This document shows positions 39,889 to 52,735 of a stretch of DNA of 64,000 bases, piece after piece. The notes beneath the pieces are model-generated. The model ran no database searches and had not been told where the DNA came from. It saw only the letters and a program-made list of their open reading frames with translations. The stretch is from Octopus sinensis (Eukaryota): assembly GCF_006345805.1 (NCBI RefSeq), contig NC_042998.1, positions 173,104,001-173,168,000 of the forward strand, in the 5' to 3' direction. A program made the position numbers and the translations under genes. Position 1 is the stretch's first letter. Each line of letters begins with the position of its first letter.

Positions 39889-40092
39889 TTATGTGTCTGC
39901 GTTTGTCCCACCAACATCGCTTGACAACCGATGCTGGTGTGTTTAAGTCCCCGTGACTTAGAGGTTCGACAAAGGAGACCGATAGAATAAGTACATGGCT
40001 TACAAAGAATAAGTCCTGGGGTCGATTTTCTCGACTAAAGGCGGTGCCCTAGTATGGCTACAGTCAAATGACTGAAACAAGTAAAAGAGTAA
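39880..40092 (+). mobile_element. SINE family D, 3' half
   Basis: agaccgatagaataagtac...ggggtcgatt...cagtcaaatgactgaaacaagtaaaag. Confidence 0.75.
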
Positions 40093-42549
40093 AAAAAGAG
40101 TAATAATAAACTGTATTTGTGTCACATAAAAGGAGATAACTCCATGTTTATCTAAGTGTAAGGTTTTCACTTACTTCACCACATTTCTCACTTTTTTTTT
40201 TCATCCCTGCATTTGCTTGTTTTATAAGCGTAGCATTCTATTTCCCACTCTCTCGCTCTCTTCATCTCTGAATATATATATATATATATTTATATATGTG
40301 TAACATTTTATTGTTTTTCGTTCTCTCTCGCAATTTTCTCTCCCATCATGCTGTATGTTCATTTTTTTCTTGGTGCTCGCCTTTTCTGCTTATTATTAAA
40401 AACCATCACCAAAACGGGTTTAGCACTCAGAAAGCTTCGCTCAGGCATTCTGAAATAGAGACTATTGAATGGAAACGTGACGATATAAATGAGCTTTTCC
40501 ATAAAATTATTGAAGCTGGACGAGCCATCGAATATGCTTGTATGTAGTAACTCAACCGGTCAGAAAATAGACGCACATTTCTTTTGTATCAGACTCTAAT
40601 GGAAAATCACATTCGATAACGTATATCTAGATACACTACTGCTTTAAAAAAGACGGAACTGAAATGGGTGAAATGTCATTGTGCCGAAGTCTGTAGTGAA
40701 ATAGCAACAAGAAAAAGAAGAAGAAGAACAACAACAACAACTACAACAACGACGACAACTACAACAACGACAAAACAGAAGTGCTCGTGAATGCAACATG
40801 TGATGTCGTAATGTTTTCTGTCGTATCGAAACCTCGGTTATTGTTCCACTCGAGGGAATGCAGCTGTATAACAAAGTGAAAGTTCCTATTTCTATTTTCT
40901 GTTGTAAGCACGTTGGTGCTGAGAAATGGGAGTTATATTCTAAGAGATATCAGAGCTCTTGGGTTCGCCAAAATCATTTTATCCGTTCAAAATAACTCGC
41001 TTATTGCTTGGCACGTTTTGGAGTCATTCGAGTCCAAAAGATTATACAATGCTGATTCTAAAATGATTTTAATGACCAAACCGCTCTAGTTGAACTAAGT
41101 TCGTGGTTCTGGATATATATTATCAAAACGGTTCGCTATCATTAAGTATTTAATAATACTAAGTAATTTGATACACGATGCAAGTGTAGTTAAATCTAAT
41201 AATATAACCGTGTGATGAATTCTAAATAGAATTTTTGAAATATTTTGAAAGAATGTGTGTGTGTGTGAGTGACTATTGAAAATATAAATACAAGGTTACG
41301 AACTTTGAAATCAAAATTCGTCGATATCACACACAGTAGCTAATCTGATTTTGTCATAAATAATAACATAGAGTTTTTTGGCAAGAATTGAACATTACAG
41401 AAATGTTTCTCCTCTGTAGCAGATAGCACTTGAAATCAAATAAGTTACCATTGCATTCTAAATTATGTACAATAGTTTATTACGAAAGGAGAGAGTTGTC
41501 ATATCTTGTCACATGTCAGCATAATTTAGTGTTATCTATAGAACGAAGGATATTATCTATTTCTCAACTATACGGACGTATTAGAGCCCACGGCGTTTTA
41601 ATTAGTACGATGAAACAATATAATTGACTTGTTAATAGTAATTTTCACAGTTTGCGGCTCTATATGAGATGCTGCTAATAAGGCAAATTGGACAGAGAAG
41701 TGAAGTTGATTTATTTTAGTCCATACTTTGAACGTCGGTGCTAACCACCAAACTTGAAGCTTCAGTTTGAGTAAGATAGCTCCGAGTTAAACAAATTTAA
41801 ACACTAAATGGTTCTGTATTTCCTAAATTATAAGAGGGCAATTGATATACGTACATATATATTATATATTATATTATATCATGTCATATATATATATATA
41901 TAAATATATATAGTCTAACAACCACGATCGCAGATTTAATTAATCCTGCAGGCGAATTATTTCTATACAAAGTCATGTGTATATAATGATTTTATTTGTT
42001 ATAAAAATATATTACTTCATAAATCACCTTGTTATATAGAATAATATTTGCCGAGATTATTGTTGCAGATGTGTCAATGAAAGAGATATAAGTGTGAAAT
42101 ATATATATCATTATAAATTGTTCTAATAATTCAATAAATTATTTTCTAGAGACATTAGCCTTGTACGAATAGAAATCTACTTTCAAAACGTAATTACATC
42201 TTTTGAATTAAGACGTTTAGAGCAATAACATATTCTAACTCCTTCCCTCAATTATTTAGTTGTATCATATACTAAATTTCTTTTACTTGTGAAACAACGC
42301 TCTGTTAAAAGCTCGACAAGTTCACCAGTTATGGAGTGTATTGAACAATTTCTAAATTCTTCACTTCAAATTTTGTATATGGAAATGTTTTTCTATTTCT
42401 GTACAACATTTAGTTTATCTCGTTTCAGATTAAGATGCAGTTTCTATATGCCCGCAGTTGATAAAAAGTTATTTTTGAATAGACCAAAACTCAGGGAGTT
42501 ATATATCTGTGGAGGGGTATGCATGTATTTAGAGAGAAAGAGAAGGAGA

Positions 42550-42575
42550 AAGATAGATAGATAGAGAGATAGATG

Positions 42576-42655
<80 letters not shown>

Positions 42656-42660
42656 TAGAG
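42550..42660 (+). repeat. (TAGA)n microsatellite
   Basis: Direct reading of the sequence. Confidence 0.95.
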
Positions 42661-45149
42661 AGAAAATACGGCATTTCTACAAAAATCGTCTCCACCAAAA
42701 TTTCCATTGTTCTTCTTGTTCTTAAAAGGTCATCTCAGACTAAACAACACTTTATAATTTACACAGTCGTACCAACGACCAGATGCGAAGGTAATTTCTC
42801 TAAAAATACTATGCCACCACTTAACTGAATGTGCACTCCAACATGCATTGTGGCATACAATGCTGTAGTCTGAACATGTTCGAAAGCAATACTTTTAACC
42901 TAAGGATAGTAAATCGTCGTGTTATTGAAAAAGAAATCTACTGTTATTAGACAGATAAATATTGTATTTATAGTGTTAGAAATATCAGCAAATTATGTTG
43001 TCATCTCTTTTCTTTGTTATATTGATTCAATGATTTGGCAACATCGACGACCAATTCATGCTGGCTGTCAAGTAGTTAACTTTCCTCTTAAAGAAAATAA
43101 TGATTCGTATTTTCCAGCTTTATCTAAATCTAGACATTCTGTAACTTCAACAATACACTTATTATGATTTCTACATTGATGAATATTTTGAATTAATCTT
43201 AAAACTTTCATAATGAAGCATATTGTGATATTCATGAAGAGTATAATACAGAGAGACACTGTAGTTAGTTATTGTTGTAATCTTAGCATGTACAAAGCAG
43301 ATAGCTATCTCTAGCGACAAACATCTTACGTAATGCTCACTTGATGTCACTTTCATCTTGGTTCACAAGGAAAATAATTTTCAAAGTAAAACATCTTCCA
43401 AAGTTGCAAGTGACACAAGGAGTTATTTATGCTATATTAACCCTAAACAAATACATCAGGATAATAAACGTTGGTATTTTTCCTGACAGAATCTTGGGAA
43501 CATGTGCATCAAAATAATTTTAAAAAACAAAAAGAATGATTCAATAGTTAAAAGTACACAGTATTTATAAACATAATTGTACGTTTCAAAAAAAGAATAA
43601 TAATTGTACATTGTCAGCAAAAATTGATTTCTAAATACCCGCAGCTGATAAAGAGATATTTTTCAATAGATCAACATTCAAGGATGTGTATATTTATTCT
43701 CTTATCGGTTGTACACTAGTTTTTTATGATTACAACAGTGCAATGTAAGCATAAAATCCGGAATATTTTACTTGAGAGGAAAAAAATGATGTTTCTCTAG
43801 ATTTGGAAATGGAAACGAAGTAAACCGGAACATTAAAAAAAAAAATGCTTCGTAATTTCATTGCGAGACAACGAAAATATTATCAAGTGGACCACGAAAA
43901 TATTCCCAAACCCAGGCAAGTAATATATAAATTTTCAATTGTAAAGCAATATTATTGTAACTGTTTAAAATTAAAAAGAAAATGATAAATTGGTATTCAT
44001 TGATAACTTGACAGCAAATTGCAACATGCAATGTACGTTTGAAAGCTATAGTTTCGCATACTTAGCTACCGTACTATAATTATTGCTGAATGACTAGCCC
44101 TTTAGGCTTTTCAAAGGGCATTTCTTTCTTTCATTTATTCATCCATTCTTTCGTTCCTTTTTTTCTTTCTTTCTTTATTTATATATTTCGCAGTGACGAG
44201 TCAGCCACTAATTTGATGCATTTTCTGTCACTAATGTCCTGAATTAACTGTTGATCATTCCTTAATATGTTTATCAAATGGGTTTCTAATTAAATGAAAT
44301 GTCATTTCAACTTGTTTCGTTTGAGGCTTTAGTTATTTCTATAGGTTATCTTTTATTTCTTTTTAGGATAATTTCCTTCTTCCAAACATATTTTATACAC
44401 ATTTGTGCGGGTTGCTTTCTTCGCTTTTCAAAGTTTGGGTGTATTTTTCGTTAATTACTCTTTTTTGTTGTTTCAATACAATTTGATGTGCTTTCCAAGG
44501 TTTAACGGAAATTATTTCGAAGCTGTTTTCTATTATTGGTTTGTATTCTTGATGTTCACAGTAAATATCTCGTGCTGTCACTTTTTATTATCTTATTCTT
44601 TACTCTGACATGTAAAATTGCAGTTTCATTATTTTTTTTAATGGTATTGAAAAACATGATTTGTTAATTTTATTATTTTTTGTGTTCATGTATGAGTGCT
44701 AATTTTACTTTCAAATCAATTTTCTCTAGTTCTGATACTTCTACTTTGCTATTCTTGTACATACCATCAAGCTTATCACTACAGAAATCTGTTTTAACTG
44801 CTCTTATCGCGATTTAAATAATGACTTCAGCATGTGGTTAAAAATAACTTTTAAAACTTATTCACAAGTTCCTAGCTATACGTTTCCTGTTAGTTGGTTA
44901 GGTAGACACTATTTACTCTAAACAGAAGACAGCCTAGTATTCAGAAGATTTCTATCCCGATTCTAGTTCTATATTGTGCATGATGCCATCGTACAAATGG
45001 GTACATCATAGGAAGAACAGCCTGTAGGTTCAATAATATTAACTTAAGATAATTTAAAGGCGGTTCTCCCCATATTGTAGGACTGAAGTAAAATTTTTAA
45101 AAATGTTGACACTACTCATGTATTTTTCTATTTACAACAGTTTCAATCA

Positions 45150-45527
45150 TTGGACTGGGGCCATGTTGGTGCCTTTCCGTGAGAGGGTTTAGTTGAACGA
45201 ACTGACCCCAGCGTTTACTTTTTTAAACCTGATACTCATTATATCGAACTCTTTTGCTGAACCACTAGGTTACGAGGACGTAAACAAACCAACACCTGCT
45301 GCCAAGCGGTGGTCAGAGACAATTACAAACACAAATACACACACATCGCTATACACATATGCATCATAGGCTTCTTTCAGTTTCCATCAAGCAAATGCAT
45401 TCACAAATCTTTGCTCGTTCCGGGACAGTAGTAGAAAACATTTGCCCAAGATATCACAGAGCGGAAATGAACACGGAAGCTTGTCGTTGAAAAATAAACT
45501 TCTTACCTCACATTTACACCTGCGCCT
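45150..45527 (-). mobile_element. Older, uninterrupted SINE family D copy
   Basis: Head, core, internal (CA) tract and 3' domain are all present but diverged. Confidence 0.7.
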
Positions 45528-45833
45528 GCTTATCCAACGTGCATTATTTCAAGATATCTTCAGTGTCGCTTCTACTGGCCGATGGGGTAGGTGACTCATC
45601 AATATTGTATTACTTCCTATAGATATCTGAATTGTGCAAAATATTTCAGCGGGATTTCATAATTCATATTTTAAATGATTTTTGTATAGGCTAGCAATTA
45701 TGTTTTTGTCTTTATAATTCACAAGATCACATGTGTTCTCCTGAGGATATCAGCCAATCTTTCTCAATATCACACATTATATTCTGTTTTGACAGCTGCA
45801 AAATATATTACGCGTCAAAAATATTCGTTTGAG

Positions 45834-45887
<54 letters not shown>

Positions 45888-46028
45888 GATACATGCATAC
45901 ACACATATGCAGAGAAAGAGGGGGAGAGAGAGAGGAGGGGAGAGTGACAGAAAGAAACATATACGTGCAAAGACAGATATGTGGAGGAAAGCAGAAGTAT
46001 ATAAATCATATGGTCATATTGATGAATT

Positions 46029-46062
<34 letters not shown>

Positions 46063-46064
<2 letters not shown>

Positions 46065-46350
46065 ACGGAGATGTACTTGCATAGCAAGTGACCTGATCTG
46101 AGATCGTGTGCTGGATCGAAAACAATTGCAGCGTGGAAGGTGTTTATAAGCCATTTAAGAATCATACAAACCGTTAGATTCGCTTCAACATTTAAATTCC
46201 TTGCTGCATCACGGAATTTTGTCAGTGAACAGGTGGCGGTCTCAAAGTGACGAAAATATTTTGACAAATTAAATTTAAATGTTGAAGTGAATCTAACGGT
46301 TTTTGTGTGTTTCTTAAATGGCTTATAAACACGTTCCACGCTGCAATTGT
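46063..46350. mobile_element. Repeat family R5 with inverted arms (PLE pLTR-like)
   Basis: aattgcagcgtggaaggtgtttataagccatttaagaa...tcaacatttaaatt is mirrored on the right. Homologous to 19479-19661. Confidence 0.75.
46218..46268 (+). ncRNA. Candidate minimal type I hammerhead ribozyme with G3:C8 swapped core (GUGAACA)
   Basis: tttgtca-gtgaaca-g-gtggc(ggtctcaaa)gtgac-gaa-aatatt-t-tgacaaa. The 19479 copy has a perfect stem II gtcgc/gcgac. Confidence 0.55.
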
Positions 46351-46406
46351 CTATATATACATATATGTATATGCATATACTCATATGTGCATGTGTCCGT
46401 GTGTGC

Positions 46407-46454
<48 letters not shown>

Positions 46455-46809
46455 CTGTGTGTGTGTGTGTGTGTATGTCTGTATGCATCTGTAAAAATTG
46501 AAATCGCTTTCTTGCATCAACCGGATATTAACCATGATTCTCGGTGGTCGAGAGTACAAGAGATCCTACATGGAAGGGAGGCTAGTCGGTTGCAAAATAA
46601 ACCGCCCGCTGTTATTGGTATTTATCTTTGGTCATTGATCTGGGGTATCATAAAATGTAGTGCCTTATTCTAGGATACACCGTGCCTACATCCTTGAAAA
46701 TCAAACTTAAAATTGTGCCTAAAATAAGCAACGCGCCGTCCTCTCTCTCTTTCACTTTCTTTCTTTCTCTCTCTTTCTCACACACACGCACAACCCCCCC
46801 CTCCCACAC

Positions 46810-47066
46810 ACACACATATATATATTCCGTTTTTCTGTCCTTGTTTCGTTTACATTCGATCCTTTTTCCAAGAAATCTAATGCTCGCAGCTTAGTTTTTC
46901 ATTGGGGCTGGCCGTTTCGGAGCAATATCAGAATTAATCAGCCGAAATTTGCTATGATGATCCGGTTCCTGGCTGAAGATTAAAGGCTTCGAATGACCCG
47001 TCCGTTTTTTGTATCGTCTCTTTGTGTATTTCACGTACTTGTCCCTTTTTATATATAATTTTTATA

Positions 47067-47070
<4 letters not shown>
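46810..47070 (+). repeat. Repeat family R4
   Basis: Homologous to 26950-27130. Confidence 0.6.
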
Positions 47071-47124
<54 letters not shown>

Positions 47125-47126
<2 letters not shown>

Positions 47127-47313
47127 ACGGGAAGCTTTATGAAAATAAACAAAAGACGAAGGCAGGTGGAATATAAACAAACAATTGTATTAGTATGGCG
47201 CTCAGGAATATAAATAAAACAAGTCTTTTACGTTTCGAGCCTACGCTCTTCAACAGAAAGATACACAGATAAGAAACACGGAGAGAAACAAGGAGAGAAA
47301 AAAATGCGTGCAG
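47125..47313 (-). mobile_element. Repeat family R1 (hammerhead-like motif at about 47224-47261)
   Basis: Reverse complement of 1507-1723. Confidence 0.75.
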
Positions 47314-47325
47314 ATATATATATAT

Positions 47326-47384
<59 letters not shown>

Positions 47385-47739
47385 ATATACATATACATAT
47401 CTACTAGCGCAAATCTGTCAATGTGTTGACATATATAAAGCTATAAGCTTTGTCAGTTCGTTCAGGATTGTTCCATCTCAGGAACATCTGATCGAAAAGT
47501 GTCAATAAACTCGAAACATCGGTGTCTCAGATTCCCGAGACCAGGCGACACTGAACGAACGGAGTGTTTTCACACCTTTTACCACAAGAGATTTTTTCTC
47601 CACGGTGACTGCAATGTATTTGCCTTTAGAAGTTGAAAATGCGGCACACATATTTCAACTAACCTAAATTGTAATTATAAACACTGCTTAGAGCATTTAC
47701 TCTGATATATAAGTGTGTGTATATACACACACACACACA

Positions 47740-47876
<137 letters not shown>

Positions 47877-48509
47877 TGTATATATATACACACAAAGTAT
47901 TTAATTTTTATAAATATGATTATAAAATTATAATAAGGGAAACTACCAAGTTATGACACATGCTAGAAGATGACGCCAAATGGCTCTAAAACTACTTTAT
48001 TTATTCCACCGACACCTGCTGAAAGCGAGGGAATGAACAAAAGTAGATTTTAAAAAAAGTTTAGCCAAACATCGATTTTTGGTTTAATGATGTAATATCA
48101 CTTTACTTTCCTCGGTATGACATAACCGAAAGTACATAATTATAAATATTTATACTTACTATACGAACACAACGTATACACAGTGCATATACGAATTTTG
48201 ACTCTTCTATACAAATTAAATTTGTTCGTTCATCTCAGCCACGTGTGAATAACCAAAATAATTCAGCTCCGAAAAAATTTTGGTTTAAGCGAATTTATAT
48301 TTATCAATTGTTATCAAGAATAAAATCTATATAGGATTTTATCAAGTAGCTAGCAAGTAAAAACCAATTTAGATAAAAATTAGTACAAAGTTAAATCTAG
48401 TTCGTTCAACTAAAATTTATTCACTGCTAAATTATTTTGCTTATTCACACGTGGTTGAGATGTGATAGGATCTGTGCGCCAGTGTGATAATATTGATCTG
48501 AGAGGTCAG

Positions 48510-49140
48510 CAGCTATAGTGACAAGTGTGTAAATGTATGTGAGTGTCGGTGTGGTTGTTTGCAAGTGTGCGTAGATGGAAGGGTCAATAGTGAGTCAGAG
48601 GCAGTGTGAAGGGGATGTGAGAATGGGTGTGTGTGACTCTTTGAATGGGTGGTGGTGGTTGTGGTTGTGTGTATGTATTGGTAAGTGTGCGTAGACGGAT
48701 TGGGAAAATGTATGTGTGTGTGTGTGTGTGAGCACATGTGTATGGATGCGTGTGTATGTGTGTGTGTGTGTCTCTCTCTCTGTCACTCTGTCTCTATCTC
48801 TCTTTTACTCTCGCTGTATATATGTGTGTGTGTGTGCGTGTGTACGTGCGTTCATGTGGCGATGTATGTATGTCTCTGTCCGTGCGAGTGTGTGTAGATG
48901 GGTATGTACTTGCGTGTATGTGTGCTTGTGTGTGCGTTGTGTGTTGTGCGTGGGGTGAATGTGTGTGTGGAAGTATACGCACGTACATGTGTGTGCCTGT
49001 GTGTCGGTATGTGTGCGTGTGTACGTTTCTACGCGTGGGGGTGTGTGTCTATGTGCTTGTATGTGTAGAAGTGTACGTAGGTGAGTGTTTGTGCATGCAC
49101 CTGTGTGTGTGGAGGGATGTGTGTGTGGATATATGTGAGT
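48510..49140 (+). repeat. Long degenerate (TG)-rich cryptic microsatellite
   Basis: Imperfect TG repeats over about 630 bp. Confidence 0.85.
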
Positions 49141-49544
49141 AGAAGGTAGTGCATCTGCAATAAACATCTCTCCGTTTTCAGCTTGTGTATGCCATGAAAT
49201 TCAGCTCTCAGATAAAAGGGTTGAGATAATGCAGTACTCGATAAACTGTGTCGCAAAAGAAAAAAAAAAAAAAGGTTAGTATTGTTTTAGAACCTAGTTT
49301 GAAAGAGAAAATACAAGTTTTTTTACCGACAAATACCGAATTGTATATCTTGAATCACCATCCACTTTCCGTTCTTAAACAGATTGTAATTCACTTGTGT
49401 TTGAAGTGACTTTGACCCCGATAAACCGAGAAATTTTTTCTTGAATGAATTATGGAGAAAGTGTGGTATCTCGTCAAATTTCCTCACAGTCTTGAACTCT
49501 AGTTCTATTTCGTAATTTCTACAAATATATTTAGAAATCCATGA

Positions 49545-52500
49545 TGTGAGGTGGGGCAAAAGACGGAAGCAAAGAGAGAATTGCGGTAGTCTTAACTGTC
49601 GGTCTGGAATGGGTCGCTCATAACGTCCACGTACTCTGTCTCAATCTGGAAGGTTCACTCAAAACGTCCATTTGCTCCATCCGCCGCGTACCGTCTAACG
49701 TGTCTGCTCTCATGCACTATCCGCCACCAACTGGCTGCTCGCGATTCACCGACCCCGCATGCCTACCGGTGGGCCCCACATGCCTCACTTCCGACAGGGC
49801 ATACGTACTCCCTCATTTCGGGTCCTTCCTTACAACACAGCCTGGCTCATAACACCACACGCTCCACCTGATCTGAAAATCATTCAACCAACATGCCCAC
49901 ACTCCTCAATCCTGACCACACGCCTTAACTTGTCTCGTAACAAGCCAACCAGTGAGGAGGACACTGCTTCCTCTGCGACAGCCGTGGGACCTCAGGACTG
50001 GCTTCAGTTCCTGGCATGTTGCTGTTGACTTCGTCCTCTTGTCCACTACTGTTGGCTCCATCCTCCGTCGCAGTGATGATCCTGCGCACATCTAAAACAT
50101 GACGTGGCATGCAATCTACGGACACATTGTCCCTCGAATTTACAGAAATGTCTGTCCTCTTTCCCCATTGTGATGTGAACCGCGCATTTGAAGGTTTAAC
50201 ACAGACTTCTTCCCCGACCTGCACAAAGGCTTGCACTTTCTCTTCTGCGTGTTGCAGCGATGTGGTACATGGATGTCTCCACTCGTACTTGAATATTGCC
50301 TTGTGTTACACTGACTCCTCAGCCTGCCCCGAGCTCGGTGACATGTTATACCAAAAAATAGCCTCGACTGGTGAGATGAGGCCCCTCTCTGTTATGATCT
50401 TGATTACGCCTCTCCACAACCCCATCCTTGACTGGTATACCGTCCTGAAGATACGGCTAAGATGCCACTTGTCAATCATTTCCCCCAGCACCTCCGAGCG
50501 AAATGCAGTGCCATTGTTCACAAGCAGCTCATCCACAGGGCCTCGTTCTAGGAATACCTCATTCAGTATTCTTGTGATTTCCTCCGCGGCCCCCATCGTC
50601 ATCTCCCTCCATTATCCAACCACCCGGTCTGCAGTCGACAATCGAGAGGTATACCTCCTGCCGGCAGTGCATCACGTCCACTGCCAGTCATTTCCAGTTG
50701 TCTTCAACTGGAATGCTTCCTACCTTATCCACACCCAGCGCGGGGTCAATGGACTGGTACCTGTCGCAGCTCCCAACTAATCTTTGTTCACTCTACCTGG
50801 TCACGTCAGAGTCAACTTTCCTGGCTAGGAACAGGAATCTCCCCCCCATGTGATAATGGTATGCAATCTCTTCAGCTCTGAACCACTCAGTCGACACACT
50901 GCAGCCACTCCTTGGTCCAGATCTTCTGGCACTTGCAACTGGGCTTTCTTTACTCCGGTCAGGATGTCCACTCTAATCCTCTCGGAGGGCACAAAAACCA
51001 CACTCAGCTTCAGGTCAAACTCGGCAGCTAGCTCGCCCAGAATTCCCAAACGGCGTTTTATCAGCATCTCTGCACCCCCTTTGGTTCGCACCCTCCGCTC
51101 GCCACTAACCGCTGACCACTAATCCCACCCATCTAAGTACAGTGGCCGAATCGGTCGGGATCTCGATGGTACGGAGCCCTCACATCATGGCCAGGTTCAG
51201 ACCCTTCAACGAGGCATCCAGCTCCGCCACGTTGATGTAGTTGCAGTCGTCCTTCTTCATGAGCCAGGCCGCATCCTCTACCACAACACCTTCAATTTCC
51301 AGGGCAACGCCCGTTGCTATGCTGCTGGCAACACACCACACGATCCCATCCTTCAATTTGGGCACATACCAGTTCCCTCTTCAAGACTTCTTGCATCATG
51401 GCAGTTTTCTTCTCGCCCACTTTGTCACTCCACCTCACCCCTTCAGCTCGCCTCCTGATGAAGTTGCATGCCGTCCAGAGCCATCCTGCAATCGGGTAGT
51501 GTCCCAGAAGCTTCCCACACACAGAAAACAGTTCTAGCCTACTCGTCTTGGATCCCAGTCCTGGGATCTCATTCCCTCTCCGAAACACCAACGCGCCGGC
51601 CTTGTCTCTCTGTAGCTTGAGTCCCAGCGCAGCTGCTCCTTCAATAGATTCCGGCGGTTTAGCAGTTAACCCAAAGCTTCCATCCCCATCACCACATCGA
51701 CTCCGTCCACCACGCGGTCTATCACGATCGTGCACAATCTCAATCTCGTTTCTCTTACCATCATCTCCACATCGGTAATTCTTTTGCATTCAACTTTCGT
51801 ACCATCAACAGCCCTTAAACGACTCACTTCACTCCATTCTTTCGCCATCCCCGGAGTCATTAGGGTAGTTTAGCAGCCTGTGTCCATGAGGGCTTGTGAT
51901 ACCTTTCCGTTCACCACGCCATATATGACTGACAACAACTGTATATGCGTCTCTATTCTTTCGACGGGATGACTACCGGCGCAGTAGTCTCCCTTACACC
52001 GTTTCCTTGAACTCATTCACTAGCGTTGTGGCCATTTTGTCGATAGCAAATTACTCCTTGCAGTCTCTAGCCATGTGCGAACCCTAACACCGAAAACACT
52101 GCCCGTTGAAGGGACGCACACGTTTCTTTTTCGACCCCTCTCCGCCGCTCTTTGTTTGACACCTCGTTGTTGCAGTTACTGCTAAAAGTGTCGTCCTGCA
52201 ACAGGAGACGATGGCCCTGGCCCGAGATATTACCGCTCCCATCGCCATGGAGTGAATATTCGGCAGCATTTGCAGTTCGACCGACACGTGATCACAAAAT
52301 CCTGTCACAAATGCTAATTTAACTGTTTGTTCCAACGCGTCATTCCTGTATCCCACAAGTTTGGTCAATGCCCTGATTCACGTTGGCAAACACATCGACC
52401 TGTTCACCGTCCAATTCGCTTTCTCCATTCAACCATATACCATAGGTGGCTCTCTAAAAGTCTCTATCGACCGGCGCTCTAATTTTTCTGCGCTTAACTG

Positions 52501-52735
52501 GTCCCTCTCCATTTACAGGTATAGCGCCAACGCCGATCCATCGAGGTACAACGGTATGAAACTCGCTAGGTCATCTATATCTTGGAGTTTTGCCACCAAC
52601 TTAATTTTTTGCAGCCAAGCGACAATATCCCCCTCGCCGCAAAATGGTCTTGTTCGAAACACGGACCATACGCGCCATTTTTCTTTTTTTTTCTTTTCTG
52701 AGCCGTTACAACACAGCCTGGCTCATAACACCACA
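49545..52735 (-). mobile_element. Gypsy-like LTR retrotransposon lacking RT and most of the 5' LTR
   Basis: gag (EGDIVAWLQKIKLVAKLQ..FIPLYLDG; FNGQCFRC), protease (ALMDTGC), RNase H-like (DAAWL..INVAELDA), integrase (RGPVDELLVNNGTAFRS). 3' LTR TGTG...CACA at 49859-49545. A 30-nt identity at 52706-52735. Confidence 0.85.

Noticed and set aside
46935-47000. Type II hammerhead in R4 (ccgaaa...ctgaaga)
   Set aside because: The stem II closing pair and stem I/III pairing fail.
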